Below, one piece after another: positions 51,746 to 63,416 of a stretch of DNA of 64,000 bases. The DNA is from Chiloscyllium plagiosum. Lineage: Eukaryota. Below the pieces are notes generated by a model. It was not told the origin of the DNA, searched no databases, and worked only from the letters and a program-made list of their open reading frames with translations. The first letter of the stretch is position 1. Every line of letters begins with the position of its first letter. Both the position numbers and the translations under genes were made by a program. Location: assembly GCF_004010195.1 (NCBI RefSeq), contig NC_057719.1, positions 57,140,311 to 57,204,310 of the forward strand, in the 5' to 3' direction.

Positions 51746-52549
51746 ATTGTTCAAATGTAATTTCAATAAAGTAAACATTTATTTCAAAGACAGAAATGGT
51801 TAAAAATACACCATCATTAAGTACAGAAAGGATTTATGAAACAAGTCTTGAAAAATTGCTTTTGAGTAAGCCCATTTTGAAATAACTTAATCCAATTTTC
51901 TTTGAGAATGTTAAGAGAAAAACTCCATATACTAGACCAATCAGAACAGTTTATTAATTTCAATGATTGTACATTTGGCCAAATTATTGGACGTATAATA
52001 GTTTAAATAGTTTAAAATAACTTGAAAGTTGTTAATTTTGAATTTTAAAAAAATTCAGTATTAAGTAAAACTCAATGCTGTGAAATGCATTAAATGACAT
52101 AAAGGTTATGTGATATCACGCAGAGAAGATTAGGTTGTCTTTATATACATAACTAAATCAAGCTGATCCCCACACACATTTATCCTGTAAGATGCCATTT
52201 GGTTATGAGTTCAGGAGTTACCTGATCATTGGCTGTGAATGCACACAAGTGATTTATTCAACAGCATTTGAAGCAGCTGGTGCTCAATTTAAAAGACTCT
52301 TTTCGAGCTTCAATTATCGAAAAGAGCTTTGAGACAGTTTTTTTTACTGCTGATGCCTTGGTTCATTCTGATTGGATTTAGTCTGTGCCAATCATTGGAG
52401 GCCTCTTCAGTTTTCATTTTGTCTCAATAATGCAATTAGTACTGTCTGATTTCTGGGTCCACTGGAAACCGTCATATCTTGGAGCTTGGCAAGAAGAACA
52501 GTGGAAAACACATCATTATTTTTCTTAGGATTGACAGCATGAAGGCCAT

Positions 52550-52765
52550 TTATAGAATCATATAGCAAAGAATGAAACCACACAACCCTTCGTGATTGTG
52601 CCCATTCTTCGAAAGGGCTATCTAATTAGTCCACTCCCCCACTTGTTCCCCATAGTACTGGAAATCTTTCCTTTTCAAATATATATTCAATTCTCTTTTG
52701 AAAGATACTATTGAATCTACTTTCAACACTCTTTCAGGCAGTGCATTCCAGATTGTTAACAACTA
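52550..52765 (-). mobile_element. Old CR1 3' fragment
   Basis: ATAGAATCATATAGC tail and CAGGCAGTGCATTCCAGA (WNALP motif on the minus strand). Confidence 0.6.
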
Positions 52766-53527
52766 CGAGTCTTCGAGTGGAAAATGGAAGATTGCCTATT
52801 TTGTTTTCAATAGTTATTCTCTGAGTTTTAAATCATTTCCACAATAAGGCTTTAAAATACAATTATGTAAGTAATGTGTGACTAACCAGTAGATTCAATA
52901 ATTATTTTATCATTGTTTATTTAGAATGCATATAATTTAAGACATATCCCAGTTTGAGAAGTCAGTAAAATACTTAGTGCAGTATTTCTAGTGGTATATC
53001 ACAGAGCAACCAAGAAACACGATATTATGTATAAATATTTAAACATATAGGAATTTCAAATAAAGTTGTTTTGTTGTATGCAAACTTTAATGAATAGTGC
53101 TAAATCATCTTCACAAAGCTTTCAGGTTTAAATCTTATTTTCAAATGCCCGTAGAATCAGAATATCGAAGGCCTACATTTTAAGCAATTTGACAAATGTG
53201 TTTTCAGAAATTCTGTAAAAATAGCACTCGTCCCATGTTGAGCTTAAAAAAAAGATCAGAAGCTAGATGAGCAATTTGTTTGACTCATCATTCCTTAGGA
53301 TCTTCCGATTCGCTCAATTTGCTAGAAAAAGTTAGGAAGCAAGAAATTTGGACACATGGTACTACTAGACATGACCTACATATACCAGAAGCTTTCCAAA
53401 TGGTGTGTGCCTCCAGACACATCTCCATATGTGCTGCTAACCTCCCGCTTGGTGCTGTCAGGACAAGGAACTGTCATAGCAGTTGAACTGAAAGAAAGTA
53501 CTCGAACCAATTCTGATTAAGTGAATC

Positions 53528-53660
53528 AGTTCTGATGAAAGGTCACTTGATCTGAAACATTAACTTTGTTTCTCTCCATGGATAATGCTTAACCTTGAGG
53601 ATTTCCAGAAATGTTTTAAATTTGTATTTCAGATTTCCAGCATGTGCAGTCTTTTTCCTT
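53528..53660 (+). mobile_element. PLE pLTR, family C, with hammerhead motif
   Basis: AGTT-CTGATGA-A-AGGTC(ACTT)GATCT-GAAA-CATT-AACT followed by a tail TTTCCAGCATGTGCAG. Confidence 0.7.
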
Positions 53661-53990
53661 TGGTAGACGTACCAGCTGATCTGATACTCTATTTGTTGAT
53701 TTGAACCATGAGGATCCACTCAACATACTCACTTGTCACTTACCAAAAGAATATGTGCGCAGATGAAAGATAGACCACTTACTAGTGTCATTTAAAGGGG
53801 AAAGCATTCCACTTTACTTTCAAGTAAAGTAACACAGAATAAGTTTTGTTGTTGCGAAGTCTCTGGATGTACTTTGGAGAGATTTTCATGGTGCTGGTGT
53901 GAATTGCAGAATTTGGGTGCACAGCTCTAGGCTTACTGTGTATTATTACATTCTCACAGGGAGGGCAGAGGCTTGGTGATCTATCTGCGT

Positions 53991-54133
53991 AAAGTTAAAA
54001 ATCACACAACATCAGGTTATAGTCCAACAGGTTTATTTGGAAGTACTAGCTTTTGGAGTGCTGCTCCTTCATCAGGTGCTGCATGATTTTTTTAACTTTG
54101 TCCACCCCAGGCCAACACCGTCACCTCCACATC
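53991..54133 (+). mobile_element. PLE family D element (inverted arm plus tail)
   Basis: Arm homologous to 23898-23960; minus strand CACCTGATGAAGGAGCAGCACTCCAAAAGCTAG; tail CACCCCAGGCCAACACC. Confidence 0.78.
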
Positions 54134-55974
54134 AAATCCACACAAAGGCTGCAATTAGTATGGGGATTGCTGGTGCATTGCCTGTGGTCTATCACATGGT
54201 CAGAAGAGGCATGGAGCAGAGGCTGCAAACCGGGAAAGTTCTGAATGCTATCCTCTCCCAATTTGGCGCTGGGCCCCTCAAAACCCAAGACAACAACAGA
54301 ATACTGTCTGATCGGCCTGACAATGCAACTAGAATCTCTTTGTGTGCATTTTCATCAGCAGTCTCCAGTAAACTACCTTCTCAAACTCTTCATTTGAGTC
54401 TCCTGTAGCAGAACCCATCTGTGAGTTTGATTCCCATGGGGCAAGCACACAAACAATTCTGTTTATTTCATCTGGCTGCAGTCCATTCACACCTGAATGA
54501 CTCAGCAGGTGCAGGTCCCAATGCTATACTAACCTCTAAGGCACACTCATTGCCAATACATGAGCTGTTGGCTGTGTCAGATGAAGTGATGGAGCCACTA
54601 CAGCAGTGCTATGATGGTATTCCCTTACAATGTGTTAGGGCTGCTTAGCTGTTATAATCAGAATGGGGAAGGTTGGGATGAGGGGAGGAGAACTTGGTTA
54701 GAAGGCAAGAGCTTTATGATCACACTATCAGTCACTTTTGTTCGAGTTAGATAATAGATTAAAGTTTACAACTGCATGAAGTAGTAAAATACTGACATCC
54801 CCAATGGTCGCAGCAATGTCAGTTGTCATGGGTTCTATTGCAGCCTAACCCATGATGCAGAAAACCATCTCCTTTATGGGGCTTCATTGATAGCGTTATG
54901 CCTGCCCCCCCCCCATTAGTTTGCCTCAAATACTTCTTGTAATAGGGCACCAAATACTACAAGAGAGGGGGGAGAGTGTCAGATTCCTGAGTTTGGAGAA
55001 TATGGCTGTCACAGCTGACTAGCTGGAGATATGCGCAGGCGGTGAGTGGTGTGAATAAAGCTAATGGCATTCAGGGTGAAGTGAGGATCTGGATATTAGG
55101 TGTGCATGCCAGAGAATACCCCAATGAATGACTGATAGGACGGTTGTGTATTGAACAGTGTGAAAAGTTGGTGGATAAATTGTGATGCTGTTTGAGGGTG
55201 CATTCACTGATTGTCACCAGCTCCAAATGCTTGGGTCACAACTTGTGGCACTGATAGCTGATCCTCAAAGACAGACACTGGGAATCAACCTTGCTGCTTC
55301 CCTGTTCCCATTTCCTCCTGATGCTGGGCACTGAGGACCTCCTGAACACCTGGAAAACATGTCTCCCATGATTTTTACTTGATTATTAGGGCCTCCCATG
55401 CTGGATCTATGAATAGTTCAGTAGTCTATCATTCCCATTGTTGCATTTCCTTGAGTGGAAATGTAGCAGTAGCTTTCAGCAGCAGCCTCCTTGAATTCAG
55501 AGCATCCCCCCTTTAGGTGGGAGAAATATGAGAAGTATGCTGTGTGAACATGTGTGCACTGTGAATGTTGGGGGTCTCCTGCTGAGTAGTCAGGCGGCCA
55601 GCAATTCAGACCTGACTTGACCTGATGTTGCAATCAATTAAACATAAAGACAATGCCAAGTTTGTGTGTTGCCAATTCCTTCACCCCAAAAACGGTATGG
55701 ACCAAATTTTTGCCCAGTTTTTTGTGATACTGGGAACAATAATGGGGCTGGTCATCTTTAACGTAAATATTTGCTCCAAAGAAGCAGGAAATCCATCCAA
55801 AATAATTTCAAGAATGTACAGAATGAAATCATCCAAAATAATTTATACAAAACATATGCTGTGAATCACTAAATTTTATCATTCTCAGAGGTTTTCTCTA
55901 ACAGGTTTTCTGGCTGGTACTTACACCCATATGTTGAGCATTCACTAAAGTTTAGGAAGATGAGGATTGGTCTG

Positions 55975-56342
55975 ATTTAAATTCTACCAGGGTTAGCCAG
56001 ATTAGATGCAGGAGGGATGTTTTCCTTGGGTGAGGAACCTACAACAAGAGGATATAGTGTTCGGATGTGGGCTAGGCCACAGAGTACTGAGATGAGGAAA
56101 AAAGGTTTTACTCGAAGGGCAGTGAACCTGTGGAATTCTCTACCACAGAATGCTGTGGAGGCCAAGTCACTGAATACATTCATGAAAAGTAGAGGTAAAT
56201 TTTTAGATTTTAAAAGTATCGAGGAGTATGAAGAGAAAGGGGGAATATGGTATTGAGATGAAGGGTGAGCCATGATTATATCGAATGGTACAGAAGATTC
56301 AAAGGGCTGGATGGCCTACCACTGCTCCCTTTTTCTATGTTT
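55975..56342 (+). mobile_element. CR1 3' fragment
   Basis: ORF 56017-56256 FTRRAVNLWNSLPQNAVEA and tail GGGCTGGATGGCCTAC. Confidence 0.85.
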
Positions 56343-56540
56343 CTTTTTTTTGAGAGATTAAATGGGTCTATCAAAAGCTTATGTTAACTTGCATCTGAAG
56401 TCTGCCTCCTGATCCTACACAGGAGTAAAGCTCCTATGGTAGATATAAACAGGAAGGTTCCCATCAAGAATTGGGCATAAATGCTTGATCCCTATTTTCC
56501 CAACATGTGACTGACTGGTGATAACATGGTAGATGTACAC

Positions 56541-57496
56541 TGTTGAAAAATCTTAAAGAGAAAACAAGACATTAAATATGAAAAATGGTACTATAGCAGC
56601 CTTCTGGCTGCTAACACAGGTAGATTGCTAACTTGGCCAAACGGCAAGGTACATTAGCCAAGTGAAACTCTGAAATCACAACACACACACACCAGACACA
56701 GTGCAAGCACAGCAGCCATTAGCATAATGTAAAAGGCAACAGTTAGTCTGCACAGGCACCCCCAACAATCTATCCACTAAACAAAGGACAGTCCAGAGAG
56801 GAAGACATCGGGTCCTGCTACACAAAAAAACTGTTAGTCGCATGCCATCTAAATGATTGACTCTTGTTTTAAACTATTAAATGTGCCTCCCTGATTGGCC
56901 AGAAATACAGAAAGTTTCAGAATACCACGTAAAAGGTATAAAAATAGAGTTTACCTGCAGACTTCTGTCTCGGAACTGCTCTTGGAATTGTCTGAGGCCT
57001 TTTGAGGAGGCCAGCATGGCAACAGGCCGAGACCAGCTGACCATCCAGAGACAGAGAGGAAGAAATCAGCTTCTCTGACCCAGAGACAGAACCACAGGGA
57101 CAACGACTGCGTAAGTCTATAAGGAACTCGGTAAGTATCATAACCTTACGGGCCAAATAGGATTAGGGATGGCAAAGGCGAAAGTGAGGACTGAGATGCT
57201 GGAGATTAGAGACAAGATTAGAGTGGTGTTGGAAAAGCACAGCAGGTCAGGCAGTATCAGAGGAGCAGGAAAATCGACGGGACGTTTCAGGCAAAAGCCC
57301 TCCATCATCCTGATGCAGGGCTCCTGCCCAAAACATCGATTTTCCTGCTCTTTAGGGATTGTATATTTAGTATTGAAGATTATTGTAATTTTATTCCGAA
57401 TGAAGTGTGGATGTTTTGCTTTTGCTACCGACTTGTGTTCGTATTGATTTGACCTCTTTGGTATTGTGGGACATCTGGGCAAATTCATTCAGAACA
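56541..57496 (+). mobile_element. Probable LTR (TGTT...AACA) interrupted by a PLE insertion
   Basis: Terminal TGTT and AACA, TATAAAA at ~56937, AATGAA near 57399, followed by PBS-like TTTTGGTCGGAGAGG. Confidence 0.45.
57175..57351 (-). mobile_element. PLE family A fold-back element
   Basis: Tail on the left, arms meet at ~57307; flanking repeat TTAGGGAT at 57163-57170 and 57352-57359. Confidence 0.8.
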
Positions 57497-57654
57497 TTTT
57501 GGTCGGAGAGGAATCAGACAACAATAGAAAGGAAATTCAAAAGTTTTGTAGATTGTGCAGTGACATTGTGAGTATCTATGATGAGGCAAGCATGTGCCTT
57601 TTAGAGAGTTAAGTGTCAACAACTGTTTTACCTCCTGCCAAGTGATATTCTTGA

Positions 57655-58330
57655 ACAAAGTATTGAATGCAATATCTCCAATTTGCAGATGACACCAACT
57701 GGGTGGCACTGTGCGCTGTGAGGAACATGTTAAGAGGCTGCAGGGTGACTTGAACAGGCCGGCTGAATGGGCAAATACTTGGCCAATGCAATATAATGTG
57801 GCACAATGTAAAACTGTTGTCGTCCAAATCATTAATGTACATTGTGAGCATCTGGGGTCCCAGCATTGAACCCTGCGATATCTCATCCTGCCATTCCGAA
57901 AAGGACCTGTTTATTCTGCTATGGTGATAATGGAGACCTGGTTTAAGGAAAAGCAGAACTTGGTATTAAATTTTCCTGGTTACAAGGTAGTCAGAAAAGG
58001 TAGGAAGGGGAAAAGAGGAGGACTGGGTATTTTTGGTTTGGGAGTGTTTTGCATTACTGGAGAATGAGGAGGTTTCAGGGCATTCAGCGATAGAATCAAT
58101 TTGGCTAGAGCCTGGGAATAAGAAAGGTGCCATTACATTGCTAGTGGAAAGGATCTAGAGGAATAAATCTGCAAGAAGATTATAGAGAGGTGTAAGCATT
58201 ATATTGTTGTTATAAGGGAGATTTTAATTAGTGCAAGTGGTAATGGAGGACAAGCATGTTCAAGATAATTTCCTACAACAGTATGTGTCCAGTCCAACAA
58301 GAGAGGAAGCATTGCTGGGCTTGGTTCTTT
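57655..58330 (+). mobile_element. Rearranged old CR1 fragments (RT on +, RT on -, EN on +)
   Basis: FADDTQLGG at ~57682-57710 (+); LGPQMLTMYINDLD at 57820-57866 (-); ETWFKE, GYKV and RKGR EN remnant from ~57930. Confidence 0.65.
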
Positions 58331-58391
58331 GGGTGCAAGGTCAGTCAGTTTAACTTCTGTGGGAGGGAATTTCTTAAAACAATTAGTCAGA

Positions 58392-58483
58392 GGGCAATGG
58401 GTCTGGGTGGGTTACATTTCGGAGGGTCGGTGTGGACTGGTTGGGCCGAAGGGCCTGTTTCCACACTGTAGGAAATCTAATCT
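58392..58483 (+). mobile_element. V-SINE 3' fragment
   Basis: GGGTCTGGGTGGGTTAC...GGGCCGAAGGGCCTGTTTCCACACTG. Confidence 0.8.
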
Positions 58484-59290
58484 ACTGCAGTCCATGTGCT
58501 GCAGGTAGACCCACAATGGCAGAGGAAAGGGAATTCCAAGATTTTGCCCAACAGCACTGAAGAAATGACAATATATTTCCAAGTCAGGATGGGGAGTGGC
58601 TTGGAGGAGAATGTGCAGGTGGTGGTCTTTCTTTGTATGTAACCTTTCTTTGTAACCTTTATCCTTCTAGATGGAATTGGTCATGAGTTTGGAAGGTGTT
58701 GTTTAAGGAGCTTTGAATTTGTACAGTACACCTTGTAGATGGTACACATTGCTGTTACTGAGCATTGATGGTAGAGAAAGTGGATGCATGTGGATATAGT
58801 GCCATTAACCAGGCTTCTTTGTCCTGGATGGTATCAAACTTCTTGAGTGTTGTTGGATAAGTGGTAAGTATTCCATCACATTCCTGACTTGTGCCTCTTA
58901 GATGATGGACATGATTTGAGGTTTTGAGAGGTGAGGCACTCACTGCAGGATTCCTAGCCTCTGACCAACTCTTATAATGACAGTATTTATAGATATTTTT
59001 AATCAACCTGCTTACACATGTATGCCACACCTTAAGAGTAGATGGGACATGAACCCTGGTCTTCTGACCCAAAGGTAGGGAGACTACCACTGAGCCACAA
59101 GAGCCCTTTCCAATGTATTTATATGACTGGTCTAGTTTAATTCTGTTCAATGATAACCCCTAGGATGTTCATAATGTGGTATATAATGATGCTAGCACTA
59201 TTGAATGTCAAGGGGCAGTAGTTAGATTGCCTCTTGCTGGAGACACTCATTGCCTGGCACTTGTATAGTGTGAATGTTATTTGTCACTTG
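58484..59290 (-). mobile_element. CR1-group (Zenon-like) LINE 3' region with a nested tRNA SINE head at 59000-59107
   Basis: PTTLKKFDTIQDKEAWL in ORF 58755-59150; 59200-59290 is homologous to 36255-36345. Confidence 0.6.
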
Positions 59291-60199
59291 CTAGTTAATG
59301 TGGATGTTCTCCAGGTCTTGGACACAGATGAGAAGCCATCCTACTGCCACTGTGGTGGGCCAATCCATATTCAGCACTGGCATTGGGACTTCCCCACATT
59401 TGGTCAAATTCAGTTCATAATATGTTACATATAGTTAGGTTATCTGTTCGAACCTAACAGTTAATGTGCAGCTTTCAGATGGGGCGATTTGTGATTTACA
59501 TGCAGATTGCATTTACTTGATGCGTGAATACATTTCAAATTCTTCATGAACTAAGAATCTTAGAATAGACACCTGCCACCATACACATGGTTTGCAATGC
59601 CCCAGGGCTGGATTTGGTAGACTTAATTTTTGAAAATGAAATGACGACTAATTTGATCAAATTAGTCCAATTTACTCTTCAATATGAAATTTCACTTTAA
59701 TGAGGCCCAACACTTTGCAGCGACTTGTTTTTGACATTGGGAAATCTATTTAACATTCAAAACCATATCAAGCATTCCACAGTTGTGAAAGAAGGGAGCA
59801 ATTTTTCAGCTATTATTGTGCTTTCTAACATGCAGTTACAATCCGACCAGCTTTTCATGAATTCCAGACATGGTTGAAAGCAAATACATTCTTTCTAACT
59901 TGTAGCTATAATCAAATATTGGAACAATTTTGGACCAGGAGACCTGAATATGGATCTAATAATTTTAAGATCATGCCACAAAGAAATGAACCAATATATA
60001 TTTCTACTCAGCTCCTTGTTCCTTTCAAGGAGGAAATTTCTGATTTGGCTGCAAAAGAATATAACTATGCATATGGGAACAGGAAGACCTAACTAGCCCA
60101 GTAAGCCTCAATGCCCTGCGCTCCCACTGAGACCAGTGCTTAATCTGCAAATACTTTGACCCTTCTTACACAACTGATTTCCTTTCTCCTCTTCTGCAC

Positions 60200-60620
60200 G
60201 CATGAGCAGCACCCAGTGAACCTCCAACTCTGAGGAAGAAACCACTTAGAGGCTGGCAATGGAGACATTTTTCTCCACCTCCATCTCTGAGGAAGAAACC
60301 ACTAAGCCCTCAGAAGATGCATTTGGAAGGCATTCACTTGCACCGACCACCAACTCAGAGGCTGTCAGTTTGGTGAGTACTCTATCTAGATTAGATTTGG
60401 GAGCACAATCTGGTGAGCACTTGATTAATATGGTTGTGGAAGAAATGTCCCATGAGTCCAGCACTCAATCAACTGCTGCAGGCCAGTCCCCAGGAGAAGA
60501 TGATCTCCTCATGGTCACAGCAATTAATGACTTTGTCAAAATGCGTAGAGATGCACAAGGACACCAGGCATGTTTGTCAGAGGCAGTCAGTATGCTGGAT
60601 CAAGGATGGAGAAGTCTTCA
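60200..60620 (+). mobile_element. Possible Harbinger-type accessory (Myb/SANT protein) ORF remnant
   Basis: Acidic S/T-rich frame SEEETTKPSEDAFG...LDLGAQSGEHL with a 19-bp internal duplication CTCTGAGGAAGAAACCACT; resemblance only. Confidence 0.3.
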
Positions 60621-60640
60621 AATGTTATCAATATCATATA

Positions 60641-60755
60641 AAATGCTGGGAATCAGAAATAAAAACAGAAATTACTGGAAAAGCACAGCAGGTCTGGCAA
60701 CATCTGTGGAGAGAAATCAGAGTTAATGTTTTGGGTTGGTGACCTTTCCTCAGAA
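60641..60755 (-). mobile_element. PLE pLTR fragment, family C
   Basis: Reverse complement begins TTCTGAGGAAAGGTCACCAACCCAAAACATTAAC. Confidence 0.72.
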
Positions 60756-60872
60756 TTAGAGTTTTGAGGGGTCCAAGTCCAAACATATTCAAAGTCGGGA
60801 GTGAACTTTGAGTGTGAGCAACAGCAGGGCTTACTGATGCCACTCTCAGAGTCAATCAGACAGAAGGAGGTT

Positions 60873-61059
60873 AGAGACAGAAAAACTGCAGATGCTGCAA
60901 TCCAAAGTAGACAGGCAGGCGGCTGGAAGAACCCAGCAAGTCAGGCAGCATCAGGAGGTGGAGAGGTCGATGTTTCGGGGAGCAGTGCTCCAAAAGCTTG
61001 TACTTCTAAATAAACCTGCTGGACTATAATCTGGTGTTGTGTGATTTTTAACTTTGTCC
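60873..61059. mobile_element. Chimeric PLE pLTR: family B arm (-) fused to family D arm (+)
   Basis: 60873-60979 matches 13051-13158; 60979-61059 matches 24108-24181. Confidence 0.75.
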
Positions 61060-61420
61060 CGTTAACAAGCCATTCCTCTATCCGTACCTGTATGACAACA
61101 TGAGCTTTTATTTTCTGCAATAACCTTTATTGCGACACCTTATCCAATGCCTTCTTAAAATCTAAGTACAATGCATCTACTGGTCCCCCTTATCTTCAGT
61201 ATAACTTGCTCCTTCAAAGAACTCCAACAAATTAGTTAAACATGATTTCCCTTTTGACAAAACCAGATTGGCTGTGCCTGATTACATTAAACTTATCTGA
61301 GTGCCCTGCTATAACATCTTTAATGATAGCCCCTAACATTTTTCCTATGATAGATGTTAAGCTTATTGGCCTATAGTTTCCTGCTTTCTGCCTCCCTCCT
61401 TTATTTGCTGAAGGAATTAC
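61060..61420 (-). mobile_element. Old CR1 RT fragment
   Basis: Minus strand AGNYRPISLTSIIGKMLG and DFKKALDKV motifs. Confidence 0.75.
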
Positions 61421-61638
61421 TCAGCCAGTCCAGGTAGGTACCAGCTGTCAATTTACAGACATGACATGTCCAAAACTGTCACTTTGTTTTATAATAATGC
61501 AATTTTCAACATTTCTCAACCCCTGTCACCATGTTATATGATTTGCTTCTTTATTGTGTACTGCTCTCTGAGTCACAGGAATACAAACAGTATAAAACAA
61601 GTATGTGGGTTCATGATTGTGACTTGATCTGGATGAGG

Positions 61639-63416
61639 ATTCTGAATAATCCAAGATGGAGGACAGGAAATAGTTGTGGCTGTAAGAGCTGCGCCTTTTT
61701 TGAGATATTTTCTAGTGTTGGAGCTGATTTCCTCGAATTTGAGGAGCAGTAATTACTGTTTTATAAGCTGTTGCATTGTTTTGGAACTTTGGAAATAAAG
61801 GTCAAAATGCCATTTTAAAAATGGAGGATGACAAAGCCAGTGACCACATGGTGGGAAGTGAATCAACAGAGAAAGAAACCTACACTGCTGTCTGACCCAG
61901 CAATGAACCTTCACAGCTACTGCCTCTGCTATTTGATCTCACATATCTCTGGACATTAGCATTCATCTAAGAAAAATAAACAAGCAGGGAAATTCACAGC
62001 TGACCTTGAAGAAACCAGTGTGGGGAGATCACAGCACAGAAGCAGCTATGTGGCCAGTTTTTCCTTTGTAAATCTACAATAGTGAGTAGAGTGAGTTCTT
62101 TTTGATTTTTTTTTATTGAGATTAGTCTCTTGATTAAACTTTAAAAATATAAGTTAGTCTGGAGCAGTGTTTTTTAAAGCAGTAAGATGGTGCTATTTTC
62201 TGGATCTGTAGATTGTTAAGGTGCAAAGATCTTGGTGTCAGGATCAAGGATATCTTGGAATGGGTGTGGAATGTTCTCAAAGGCGAGAGAGACCAGCAGG
62301 AGATTGTTGTACACATTGGAGCTTATGACATAGGAAAGGAAAAGGATGAGATTCTGAAGGGGGAATATAGGACGTTCGGCAGGAATTTAAAGTGGAGGTC
62401 CTCGAGGGTAGTAATATCTGGATTACTCCCAATGCCAGGAGCTACTGAGGGTAGGAATAGGAGGGTAAAGCAGATGAATGCTCTAGAAGAGAAGGATTCA
62501 CATTTTTGGATCATTGGAATCTCTTCTGGGTTAGAAGAGACTGTACAAGAAGGATGGATTGCACCTGAATTGGAAGGGGACTGATATTCTGGCAGGGAGA
62601 TTTGCTAGAGCTGCTCAGGAGGATTTAAATTAATGGGGGTGGGGGGAAACCCTGGTGGGGTGGGGGGGGGGATCCACAGGGAGATACTGAGGGAAGAGAC
62701 TGGTACAGTTGGAAAAAGGGACGAGTCAAACAGTTAGGGCAGGCAGGAACAAAGCAAAATACAAGATAGGACTGATCAACAAAATTGCTTTTATTTCAGT
62801 GCAAGAGACCTAACAAGGAAGGCAGATGAACTCCGGGAATAGTTAGGAAATGGGACTGTGATATCATAGCAATTGCAGAAATGTAGCTCAGGGATGGAAA
62901 GGACTCCCCCTCCCATCACCCTCTGTCTTCTACCATAATTCTATTAGTTTTAAAATAGTGATGGAAAAGGATAGACTGGATCTATATATTAAAATTCTAA
63001 ATTGGAGGAAGGCCAATTTTGATGGTATTAGGCAAGAACTTTCAAAAATTGATTGGGGGCAGATGTTTGCAGGTAAAGGAACGACTGGAAAATGGGAAGC
63101 CTTCAGAAATGAGATAATGACAGTCCAGAGACAGTATCTTCCTGTTAGGGTGAAAGGCAAAGCTGGTAGGTGTAGGAAAAACTGCATGACGAGAGAAATT
63201 GTGGTTTTGGTCAAGAAAAAGAAAGAAGCATAGGTGAGGTATAGACAGCAGTGAACCCACAGAAAAAAATAAAGGCAGTAGAAATATACTTAAGAGGGAA
63301 ATCAGGAAGGCAAAAAGGGGACATGAAATAGTTTTGGCAAATAGGGTTAACAAAAATCCAAAAATCCAAAAATACATTAAGGGTAGCTAGGGAGAGAATA
63401 GGGCCTCTTAAACATC
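61639..63416 (+). mobile_element. CR1 5' portion, same family as 16179-20700, internally deleted and interrupted by a PLE
   Basis: Shared 5' UTR; IVVHIGAYDIG esterase; LNWRKANFDGIRQELSKIDW; deletions at ~62228 and ~62905. Confidence 0.9.

Noticed and set aside
54140..55720. ORFs 54037-54408 and 54421-54648 and a possible Harbinger relic
   Set aside because: No recognisable domain; the resemblance to a Myb/SANT remnant at ~55200-55350 is too weak to call
60259..60726. 155-aa ORF as a host gene
   Set aside because: Runs into a PLE pLTR, has an internal duplication and no convincing exon structure; more likely a transposon relic
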